Shown here piece after piece: positions 13,345 to 25,400 of a DNA stretch of 64,000 nucleotides. Position numbers and translations under genes: made by a program. Source of the DNA: Haliotis rufescens. Lineage: Eukaryota. Positions within the stretch are counted from its first letter, which is position 1. Every line of letters begins with the position of its first letter. The DNA is taken from positions 43,896,001 through 43,960,000 of the forward strand of contig NW_025964223.1 in assembly GCF_023055435.1 (NCBI RefSeq), written 5' to 3'. The notes beneath the pieces are model-generated. The model was not told the origin of the DNA. It ran no database searches and was given only the letters and a program-made list of their open reading frames with translations.

Positions 13345-13849
13345 TGATATCACCTTATTGACTTTGGAATGGGCTGATCAGTGCGAGACTGCATCTGATA
13401 CATGTAACAGAGCCAAAATGTGCATGGAACTCAACATTGACAGCACTATTTATTTATCTACATTCCACCATACTGACGTGTAGGCCTCCTGCGCCGTGTG
13501 GAAGTTCATACAACGTGAAGCGAAGGTCAAGTTACTGTATAATCAGAGACATGCTATTTTGATTTAAAACCGTTGATGTGAATGGTTTCTTATATAATTC
13601 AATCACTGTACATACCCCTTTAAACAAGGAACAATGGCGCTTGAATAATGATATAATGCGCTGGGAGATTGATGCAGGTATATGTGTGACATTTTCATTT
13701 TTTGCCTTAAATAGTACACATTTCACATCTATCAAGTTAAAACATGTGTAAATAATGTATTGTGTTCTGATGGTCACCTAATCCTTTTCACCCACTGTGA
13801 ATAATGTTACTTCGAAGAATTAAATTTTATTGTTCATTTTTATTTGTTA

Positions 13850-13998
13850 NNNNNNNNNNNNNNNNNNNNNNNNNNNNNNNNNNNNNNNNNNNNNNNNNNN
13901 NNNNNNNNNNNNNNNNNNNNNNNNNNNNNNNNNNNNNNNNNNNNNNNNNNNNNNNNNNNNNNNNNNNNNNNNNNNNNNNNNNNNNNNNNNNNNNNNNN
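13850..13998. other. Assembly gap (N run)
   Basis: Run of Ns. Confidence 1.
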
Positions 13999-14814
13999 GC
14001 AATGATAATAACAATGTCCTTGCCGCATATCTCCTGAACAGTTCTGTTGTAACATCACACACAAACCAGATCAACACCATACAATGGGCAATCTATTCAA
14101 TATTTATTCAATTCTATAATATCTGTTCCATGGGCGGAAAGGTGAGACACAGCGATGGCATCCGTCACAAGCACCTGCAAACGCAAATCAAGGTTTCGGC
14201 TGAACAAACAGAGGAACATATGGAAAATAAAGAATTGCATCACACATCATTTATGTCACTTATGGCAAATATGAAGACGTCCTCACCATGTCTACCTTAA
14301 GTCTTTTTGAAAGCTTTACTGAGGCCTTTGATGTTGTAACCCAAATAAAACAACTTATGAGCAAAGAGTCGTAGAAATAGGGTACTCGATTGTACCTCAA
14401 AAGTTGTGAAATGTGACACCAAAGGCTGGAGCTGCTGGAATACTGATTGACATAGAGGGAAAGTCGACTTTTGGAAAGTTGATTCCTCTTGTGGATAGAT
14501 TTGTATCATCAGAATACGTATGCATAGATCTAAATATGAAAATGGCTGATCTCTTTTATTTCTCGTTCAGGTGGGTAGATCAATGGAACTGGGTTGGTTA
14601 TTTGACCACCTAAGCAAGGCGCTCGAATCTTATCGACCCTTCCCTGCATCAGTCCTTTAAAAGTGCTATCTTATACTTACACACTTGTAGAGGCGATATA
14701 TCTACATGTGCAATGTAATACGTATTCAAATGTCTGACGCTGATTGTATGACATTTAATTACATTGGCAAAATAAAAGTATGCGAAATATGCAAGTTTTA
14801 CAGTGGACATGCAG

Positions 14815-14978
14815 TGAGTGAGTGAGTTTGGTTTTACGTCGCTTTTAGCAATATTCCAGCAATATCACGGCGGGGAACACCAGAAATAGGCTTCACACAT
14901 TGTACCCATGTCGGGAATCGAACCCGGGTCTTCGGCGTGACGAGCGAAGGCTTTAACCACTAGGCTACCCGACCGCCC
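14815..14978 (-). mobile_element. tRNA-derived SINE (family 1, ACTC tail)
   Basis: A/B-box head on the minus strand; 11-bp TSD TGGACATGCAG on both sides. Confidence 0.9.
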
Positions 14979-15179
14979 TGGACATGCAGGTATACCAAGA
15001 CACTTATTTGGTCAGAAAATGTTTGAGCATGCAGATGCAGTGAAAGAATAGGGGTACAGTTGTTTAGAATTATTGATAAAATAAAACAAATGAAAACCTT
15101 TCATAAAATAGTTTGGCATAGACATGGAACTCGTTGAAATTCGCTTTGTATAAGGAATACCGTAACGGTTCGTGATGGT

Positions 15180-15420
15180 TTTTTTGTTTGATTCGTTGTT
15201 TAACGCCGGTCTGTCCCAGCTATATGACGGTGGCCTGTAAATAAACGATTCTGATCCTGACAAAACACGTATTATTTTATGTTCAACTATATATTCTCTC
15301 CGTTGGGGTACTATGAAACCCCATCAGCCAAGTAACCGAGTCGGATCCAAGAAGCCTCATCGTACGACAAGCATAAATTTAGGTTTCAAGAGAAATATTT
15401 GAAACCGGAATCTCCACGGG
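15180..15420 (-). mobile_element. SINE-like repeat (family 4), degenerate
   Basis: Reverse-complement similarity to 32485-32758. Confidence 0.55.
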
Positions 15421-17000
15421 GCTGATGTTTCAAGCGATTGCGTCTAGGACATCATTATGATCAGTACTTCATGACCGAATTGTGATCATTTCACTAAATC
15501 CCACTCAAGACGTCCAGGAATTTTTAAATTGCCGTTGAACACCAGCTCGTATAAGTATAATTGTCTGCGAATATGTGCTCATAATTGTGGAATTATTTTG
15601 TCATACATATGTTGTATTTATTTATTTGTGGCATATTTTTATATCGATATAACAAAAAAAGCAACACCACTGACAATGCATCCACCCAAGATATGTGTAA
15701 TGGATTCTTGTATGTTATAATTTATTTGATAATAAGCTTTCGTTACATCCAAACTCACAAGAATAAACATTAGAAATATATATTTTGTTATCTATAAGAT
15801 TGTTAGATTTATTGTATTGTGAAATTTTGACAGGGTGGAAGGATCATGCAGGTGTAATTAGATCAGACAAGTAATTACAGGATTAATATTATGCTTCAAG
15901 ATAATTGACAATTTCATAAGTTACTATCAATGAAACAGGAAACTGAAAATAACATACCTTTACTTTGCAAATTGAAAATAGCTTACCCTTGTTCATGATA
16001 TAGTCGAAATCGTACAGTCGACTCTTCTTTTGGCAGAATATATGGAAAAGCTTTTGTCGCTTTTTGTTTATGTATCTCACATGTAAACGTCTTCAGAAAG
16101 ACGTAGAAAGACAGAACGTACACACAGTAGTAGTTATAGAATATTTCAATGAACAACATAATTATAATAAACGCACAACACTTATGGACTAGAAAAAATG
16201 GATGGAACTTTATTGCAAAATATAATGAGGAATCTTTGGTAGTATATGAATGTTGTTAAAGAACAACAGTGGAGGGGTATTCGTGTCTGATTCCCTACAT
16301 GGGTATAAGATGTGAACACTTCTTGTGTCTACGGCCCTGCCCACTTCACTCACTGGTAATAAAAACATTGTATTTAATGTAAGAAACATATTTAAATATT
16401 CCAGGGCGTTCAGAAAAACTGTTAGCATGTCATTGCGACAAATTGCGGTCTATGATTTCGAGTTCATTTCCTCATACATTTATTCCGCCCCTTTTTGCTA
16501 TTGAAAAAATGAGGAGTTCGTTGGAGATTGTGAAAACACGAAAACTTGAGGCATTTTAAAGAAGATGTATTGAAAAAGGTTAAAGGTACCCCGTCATACA
16601 AGGTAAACATTTACACCAGAGAAAAGTCATATGTGATTTCATTGTTATCTAAAAAGCAACAAACAAATGTCCTGATTCCACATCCAAAACGTATGCATAT
16701 ACATGTAGAGGCCGAGCGATAGCGATGACGTCATAGCGGAGATACGAATGTCATTTTCCAATGTTTTAAGTGCATGAATCTGCATGACAATGAAGTGATT
16801 ATCCGTTATTCTCGGCGAATGGAAGACGTGAAATGGGATATTGTGTTGCGTTGAGGTGTACAAGTTCATCAAACAAAATTGCCGAGTGTCAGCGCTTCAA
16901 ATTGCCAAGCGAAAAGGCCGATTTAGCGACGAGGAAAGTTTGGATTGAGCGATGTTAGCGAGGAGAAAGATAGAAACCGACTGGACATGCCTTTGGATGC

Positions 17001-18970
17001 GTGTATGCGTGTACACGTGTTAGTGAGGCGTATAAATGTACACGTGTTATTGAGGCAAAAATAAGTGTACGTGTCAGTGAGGTGAATACAGTTACAGGTG
17101 TAAGTGAGGCGTATAAATGTACACGTGTTAGTGAGGTATATGTATGTACACGTGTTAGTGGGGCGTATGCGTGTACACGTGTTAGAGAGGTGTATGCGTG
17201 TACACGTGATAGTGATGCGTATCTATGTACACGTGTTAGTGATGTATATGTATGTACACGTGTGTTAGTGAGGTGTATGTATGTACATGTGTTATTGACG
17301 CGTATGTATGTACACGCGTTAGCGAGGCGTATGCGTGTAAACGTGTTAGTGAGGTATATGCGTGTACACGTGTTAGTGATGCGTATATATGTACACGTGT
17401 TAGTGAGGTATATGTACGTGCACGTGTGTTAGTGAGGTGTATGTAAGTACACGTGTTATTTGAGGCGTATGCATGTACATGTGTTAGTGATGCGTATGTA
17501 TATAAACTTGTTAGTGAGGTGAATACAGTTACATATGGTTACAGTGAGGTATATGTATGTACACGTGTTATTATGGCGTATCTATGTATACGTGTTAGCT
17601 AGGTGTATGCGTGCACAAGTGAGGCGTATGTATGTACAAGTGTTGGTGAGGCGTATGCGTGTAAACGTGTAAGTGAGGTGTATGCGTGTACACGTGTTGG
17701 TGATGCGTATATATGTACACGTGTTAGAGAGCTGTATATATGTACACGTGTTAGTGAGGCTAATGTATGTACATGTGTTAGTGTGGCGTATGTATGTATA
17801 CATGTTAATGAGGAGTATGTATGTATACGTGTTAATGAGGAGTATGTATGTATACGTGTTAATGAGGCGTATGTATGTACACGGGTTAGTCAGGCGTATG
17901 TATGTATACGTGTTAATGAGGAGTATGTATGTATGTATACGTGTTAAAGAGGCGTATGTATGTATACGTGTTTATGAGGCGTATGTATGTACACGGGTTA
18001 GTCAGGCGTATGTATGTGTGCGTGTCAAGGAGGAGTATGTATGTATACGTGTTAAAGAGGCGTATGTATGTACACGGGTTAGTCAGGCGTATGTTTGTAT
18101 ACGTGTTAATGAGGAGTATGTATGTACACGTGTTAGTCAGGCGCGAATAACACCATCTGAACATTGGAATGTACATATACAATATACATACATTATTATA
18201 AGTTTTAGTTCAGGTATGTGTACCGTTGAGCAATAAGGTGTGCCTACACTTTGTGAGACACGTAAGTAAACACAAACAGGTATATGTAGTTTATACTACA
18301 CAAACAGGTATATGTAGTTTATACCTCACGCTTCTGTAATAAATCTCCAAATGCTCACCTTCAGAAAACAGTTACACGTCTTAATGAGTTGTATATATGT
18401 ACATGTGTTAGTGAGGTGTATGTATGGTACATGTGTTATTGAGGCGTATGTGTGAACACGTGTTAGAGAGGTGTATGCGTGTACACGTGTTAGTGAGGTA
18501 TATGGATGTACACGTGTTAGTGAAGTGTATGTATGCACACCTGTTAGTGAGGCGTATGTATGTACACGTGTTATAGAGGCGTATGTATGTATACGTGTTA
18601 GTGAGGCGTATGTATGTATACGTGTTAGTGAGGCGTATGTATGTACGCTTGTTAGTGAGGCGTATGTATGTACACACGTCCTACTGACACGTATGTATGT
18701 ACACATGTTAATGAGGCGTATGTATGTACACGTGCAAGTGAGTCGTGAATTAACACCATCTGAAAAATGGAATGTAAATATACAATATACATACATTATA
18801 AAGAGTTCTATTTCAGGTATGTGTACCGTTGAGCAATTAGGTGTGCCTACACTTTGTGAGACATGTACAGTAAACACAAACAGGTATATGTAGTTTATAC
18901 TACACAAACTGGTATATGTAGTTTATACCTCAAGCTTCTGGAACAGATCTACAAATGCTCACCTTCAGAA
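17001..18970. repeat. ~27-bp minisatellite (gtacacgtgttagtgaggcgtatgtat) in two blocks, each followed by the same ~220-bp tail
   Basis: Arrays at ~17001-18145 and ~18375-18745; duplicated tails at 18147-18370 and 18749-18970. Confidence 0.92.
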
Positions 18971-19467
18971 TCTGTTAAGTAGTTAAACTGTTAACTCAGC
19001 TGATATGCATTTTGTAAAGTGTAGTATGAGCGTGTTTTATACAATCAGTAGCTTGCTATAACGCTTTCCACACCAAGCTTTTACACACCAAGCTGAGAGT
19101 TGAATTAAGAGCCTTGATTTACATGATAATATTAAAGTGCAGTGTCTCAGTGTCGTGTGTGTGACTCTCTCTGACTTGTTGCTCGCGTTCCCTTTCAATG
19201 AAACTCAACACAGCAATGCACGGGGCTTTCGGCCATTAACTTTTGTCAGGATGTGAGAAGTATTGAAATAGCAGGCGAGTAGGGCTGGGATTCGCTATTG
19301 AATTCTAATTTCCATTGATAGTGACGGGTATACAATACTTTGGCGGGTCGGGTGAGAGGAAATCTCGGAGCGACTGTTACCAAACCAGGGACGGACATGA
19401 ATGTTTGTTGATAACATTGTTACCGTGGATTAATCAACATCCGAGAAGCAGATAACTAACACGAAGT

Positions 19468-22400
19468 ATGGAGCAAACAGAACTTGGTATCCTGATAACA
19501 TTGACACTACTGGCGGTGTGGAGATTCCCTGCTGCAGGTCAGTGTTGTGACGTGTGTCAGTTGTTACAGACCCGCGCAATGTATTGTATCAATACTAGTT
19601 ACATGTAGAGTACAAATGTCTCACGTGTCGTGTGTCTCATGTCATGAGCTCAAGGCAGTATCTGGAGCGAATGTATAACGGCTGGTAAATTAACTCAGAT
19701 ACTATCAACAACACTCTCATATTAGTTAACGTGAGACTATATTTTTATTGCAGCACTTTTGACCTCGATCCGACCTAAATATTAGTATGTGGCCATCAAC
19801 GGAGAGTTTACTTTATGTTTTGTTTGTTGTTTTACGCCGCAAACAGCAGTATTCCAGCTTTATCAGAGAGCTTGTAAATGACAGCAACATAGAACAAAGG
19901 AAAAACAATAAATGAGTAAACCATTTATAGGTATTTGTGAAAGTTGTCAGATACCCTGCGTTTACTGAAGAAACATAACCCAATGACGATGATGGGGTTG
20001 GTTTGTTCCTCACATTCACCATCACAATGGTTTCCTTATATGATTGAAATAAGTGCAGAGGGGGAGTCTTTTGGTAATCTTTAATAATTTCGAAACAAAA
20101 TGACCAAATGAGAAACAATGTTAAAGGAATAATTATATAAAACACATCAAAGAGCATTTTGAAGGCAACAGAAAACTGCAAATGAATATAGAAATGTAGA
20201 AATCTCTAATTTTAAGGCGTCATGACCATGCGAAGTTTTTTGTATATATTTAACGTTCACTTTCTACAAATATCTGCCACCATCTAGGATCTTTATTATT
20301 AGATGGTTCTGTATTTTAAATCTCCGTAAAAGGCGACTATGCTTGTCGTAAAAGGCGACTAAAGCCAGGATCGCTGACGTGGTTGATGCATGTCATCAAT
20401 CCAAATTGCGTGGATCGATGTTCATGATGTCAATCACTGGATTGTCTGGTCCAGATTCCAGGTCCAGATTATTTACAGACCGCCTTCGTATGGCTGAAAT
20501 ATTGCCCTATGCGGGGTAAATCAAAACCAACCAACCAACCAAATCATCTCCATTTGCCGAAAACATATTGGCACACATATCGAGAACAGCTGGTATTACG
20601 GGGCAATAAATTTCCGGTCATTCACCAAGTAGACTGCAGACCCTAAGTGCCCTTGCCTCGTCTTTCGTACAAGTCATAAAACTGTTGTTGGTTTACGTGT
20701 AGGTCGGGACTAATAGCTTGTAGTCTCTAATTTGACGTTTCTCAAAGGGTTTGAGATATGTTTATGACTGCGACACCTCACACCAATACACAGTCCGGGG
20801 GCTGGTTCTAGGTAAAGGTCTGTAACTGCTATTGTGTGATCTGTGTAGTCGTCGTCGAGGAGGCGTGGTAAATGAGAATGTGACAGGGGTCCTGTTGTCG
20901 CAAGTCAATATCCAAAATATGGGCATATGTATAGCCCGTCAAATAAAATGCTGACTCAACATTTTATGCGTTTACCTTGTCACAATTAACCTCTGCAGTC
21001 TGAATACGTTACTTTGTCACACATATCCAACTTTCCAGTCTACAGATATGTTTGTGAAATTCAGCATGATAAATATAATAGATTATTGTCAGTTTGTACA
21101 ATGAGCTTGGAAAATAAAAACGATAGTTACTGATTAAGTACAATGCTATTGCAATTTTATATTCAGTTTAGTATGAAGCTATTTGCTAGTTGTAAAATAG
21201 TATTAGGGGCGGATCAGCTACAGCTTCATTGATGTATGACTACAGAAAGCAGAGGATTAGCCAGTTTCAGTTCAGGTTCTCAACTGAACAAGTGCAGTAT
21301 TTTGATATTCAAGAAGCACATTCACAGTATTGATTGAATGGTCTTTGAAATTTTCGTTCAAGATCGCTTTTTGAATTGCTTGTTGGAAAATCTTACCCTG
21401 TATATGTGTGTTTCTGTGAAGAAAATCAGTGTTTCAACAGTTCAGACTGGGGTTGGGGCAATGGGGTAGTCTGGTGATTAAGTTTCACTCCAAAGGTCCA
21501 GGTTAGATACCCCACAAATACATGTAGGTACAGTACGTGAATCCCACTTCTTGTGTCCTCAGTCGTGAGGTTGCTGGAATACAGCTAAAAGCGGCATAAT
21601 TAACTCACTCAATCACTTGAGGGACCATATTTGAGGGGACCGTCTAATAATACTTCAAAAATACATTTTAAGAGTACTCTTGTCGTGTAACAGTCAAGTA
21701 GTTATTATTGTAATTCAAAAATGATACATGAAAGGTTTGCAAATTATGAAATATAATTAGGGCGTTCCATCAGAGACCAAATAATCTATTATATGGTCTC
21801 TGGTTCCATTTTATTCTGATATGTAAATGTTACCAGATTTCAAGGGCAGAATGTGAGAAGATCTTACATCCTCTCCATCAAACAACTGTACAGCATCTGT
21901 CTATGACCATTGTTAAAGCCAGCATCTAAAACAATCGTTGTGAAATATATAATTGTGATCCTTGAACTTTCACTCAACATTTTCCTGTTGTATCATGGGC
22001 CGGATCATGGTCTCAGATTGAGACTGAGTTGTCATACTTTGGAAATTTAGAATGGACGTCATTATAAAATCCCAAGAAATTAAAGAAAATGCAAACTTTG
22101 TAAATTAGACTGTGTTGAAACCGAGTATCGCTTCCTGCTTATTTGTCCATCGTATGTCAAGTTACGGCAACTATATCGCAAAGCAAAGTTCTATTGTCAT
22201 CCTAACGTCCATAAATTTAATTTGCTTCAGTCATCACCAGATACATATATTATTACAAATCTAGCAAAATATCTATATCGTGCAAATGAAGTAAGAAATG
22301 CGAAACTGAAAGCTTAAAACCTGTCTGTACTCAACTTTTGTACACAAAGGCATGTGGCCAATATGTATTGGAAATGAAATGAATGAATGAGATCATTGGC

Positions 22401-25400
22401 CTGTGGAACTGAATATCAGTTCTCTATTCTACTTAACGATGAAAGGTAAAACTGTTTACGATGTCGACTGACATGTGTTGATGGTATTACAAATACGTCT
22501 TTACATGAAGTCATTTGGTTTCGTCTAGTGTGCTGTGCATTCCATAGGCTCAAATTCGGTCACATTACGATAACAATTTGCTATAATAAATAGAAAAGAT
22601 ATCGTTCTTGTTAAATCGAATGGGTGCATTCCAGTGGTGCGGCCATTGCTCGACATTGTGATGTGTTACATGCTACATTTGTTGTCCTGTTATGGATGTA
22701 AAAGCGGCACCGATTTCTTCAAAAGAAGATGTTGCACTTCCAATCAAAATGTAGAGACAGTAAAGTAACCTAGTGAAAAGCGATGGACTAGACTAACATC
22801 TAGTCTCTGAAATAAAATATATTACATGAAAAAAAAAGTTATTAAATTACAGTTATAACATTAACATATACTACAAAGAAGACCAGGGTCTTCCTTCATT
22901 TCCTGATACAGCAGTAATCTAGACTTGCCAAATATAATGGACTTGCATGGGCTATTTTGGATATATTTGTTTCAGGGTCTGTATGACAGACTAAGCGAGG
23001 GATATCCCATTCAAAAACCGGTGTTCGATTCCTACTTCATTAAAATGTGTGAAGCCTTTTTCGGTGTTCCACTTCCGTGATGCTACTGGAATGTTGCTAA
23101 AAGCGGCGTAAAATCATACTTGTTAACTCACTAAGTCGCAAGATGATAACTCGTTGTTTCGTTTCTTCCCCAGGTGTGGGTATCTGCAGTAACGGGAACA
23201 CAGCAGATAACGACATCACCTTGAATCTGTCCACGGCGGTTTCCGGCGAAGTGTGTTGCTGCAGTTACACAGTAGCCATGGATACACAATGCACAAATCT
23301 CTCATCTTTCATAGAATACGACTGTAGCATCAATGTCTCTTTAGAATATCCCCCAATTCCTGCATGTGGAGCTGTAGGTAGCTGGTCAAGTGGTTGTGTC
23401 ACGGACACGAACAAAGACTACTCAATATGTGTCAGTCGTACTACCAGTGGACCCGTCCAGCTGGGAAATATACGTCTCAAAAGTGAAGGTACATACTAGT
23501 TTGTTTATTAGTCTCATGCACAAACATACTAGTTTGTTTACTACTCGGACCGCCTCCGTGGTATAGTGGGAGAGCGTCCGCCCGGAGAGCGGAAGGTGCG
23601 GGGTTCGATCCCCGACCGCGTCATACCAAAAGACGTTAAAAGATGGTACTTGTTCTTACCCTGTCTGGCGCTCGGCATTAAGGGGCTAAAACAAGGACTG
23701 GTCGGCTTGGAGTCAGTATACTGTGTCTGAGTGGGGTATTCATGTTAAACTGCGGCATGGTATCTCAGTGGACTAGCACTATAAATCGGCATCAGTCCGG
23801 ACGAGTACATGCATGTACATACTATTCCTTATATATTAGTTTGATTCAGGTACATACCGGTGTCTGTTTATTAGTTTAATACAGCTGCAGGTATATGGCA
23901 GTGTTTGTTTATTAATCAAATACATATATATTTATTCGTTAGTATATTGCAGGTACACAGAAGTGTATATTTAATAACATAATACATAACTGGTGTTTTT
24001 TATTTGTATGTTACAGGTTAATACCAGTTTATATGTATCTAGTACAGATTCATTCTGGTGTAAATGTATGTCTAATACAGGTACATTCTAGTGTTATATA
24101 TTTGTCTAATACAGATACATTCTAGTGTTTTATATTGGTCTAATACCGGTACATTCTAGTGTTTATATATTGGTCTAAAACAGGTACATTCTAGTGTTAT
24201 ATATTGGTCTAATACAGGTACATTCTAGTGTTTATCCATTTGGCTAAAACAGGAACATTCTGGTGTTTATATATTTGTCTAATACAGGTACATTCTGGTG
24301 TTTATATATTTGTCTAATACAGGTACATTCTGGTGTTTATATATTTGTCTAATACAGGTACATTCTAGTGTTATATATTTGTCTAATACAGGTACATTCT
24401 GGTGTTTATATATTGGTCTAATACAGGTACATTCTGGTGTTTATATATTTGTCTAATACAGGTACATTCTAGTGTTTTATATTGGTCTAATACAGGTACA
24501 TTCTAGTGTTTTATATTGGTCTAATACAGGTACATTCTAGTGTTTTATATTGGTCTAATACAGGTACATTCTAGTGTTTTATATTGGTCTAATACAGGTA
24601 CATTCTAGTGTTTTATATTGGTCTAATACAGGTACATTCTAGTGTTTTATATTGGTCTAATACAGGTACATTCTAGTGTTATATATTTGTCTAATACAGG
24701 TACATTCTAGTGTTTTATATTGGTCTAATACAGGTACATTCTAGTGTTATATATTTGTCTAATACAGGTACATTCTGGTGTTATATATTTGTCTAATACA
24801 GGTACATTCTAGTGTTTATATATTGGTCTAAAACAGGTACATTCTAGTGTTTATATATTTGTCTAATACAGGTACATTCTGGTGTTTATATATTTGTCTA
24901 ATACAGGTACATTCTAGTGTTTATATATTGGTCTAAAACAGGTACATTCTAGTGTTTATATATTTGTCTAATACAGGTACATTCTGGTGTTTATATATTT
25001 GTCTAATACAGGTACATTCTGGTGTTTATATATTGGTCTAATACAGGTACATTCTAGTGTTTTATATTGGTCTAATACAGGTACATTCTAGTGTTTTATA
25101 TTGGTCTAATACAGGTACATTCTAGTGTTTTATATTGGTCTAATACAGGTACATTCTAGTGTTTTATATTGGTCTAATACAGGTACATTCTAGTGTTTTA
25201 TATTGGTCTAATACAGGTACATTCTAGTGTTTTATATTGGTCTAATACAGGTACATTCTAGTGTTTTATATTGGTCTAAAACAGGTACATTCTAGTGTTT
25301 ATCCATTTGGCTAAAACAGGTACATTCTGGTGTTTATATATTTGTCTAATACAGGTACATTCTGGTGTTTATATATTTGTCTAAAACAGGTACATTCTGG

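Noticed and set aside
14000-14660. Coding-like stretch with plausible splice sites after the gap
   Set aside because: Multiple stops and frame breaks, and no recognisable motif or similarity to the receptor family; possibly a decayed transposon but unsupported.
14815-14978. tRNA-like sequences here and at 31790, 35566, 38816, 23547, 26419 and 36094
   Set aside because: They continue into shared SINE bodies with ACTC tails and TSDs, so they are SINE heads rather than tRNA genes.
17001-18907. Many long ORFs (YVCTRVSEA repeats) on both strands
   Set aside because: Translation of a 27-bp minisatellite; open in several frames, with no splice or domain evidence.
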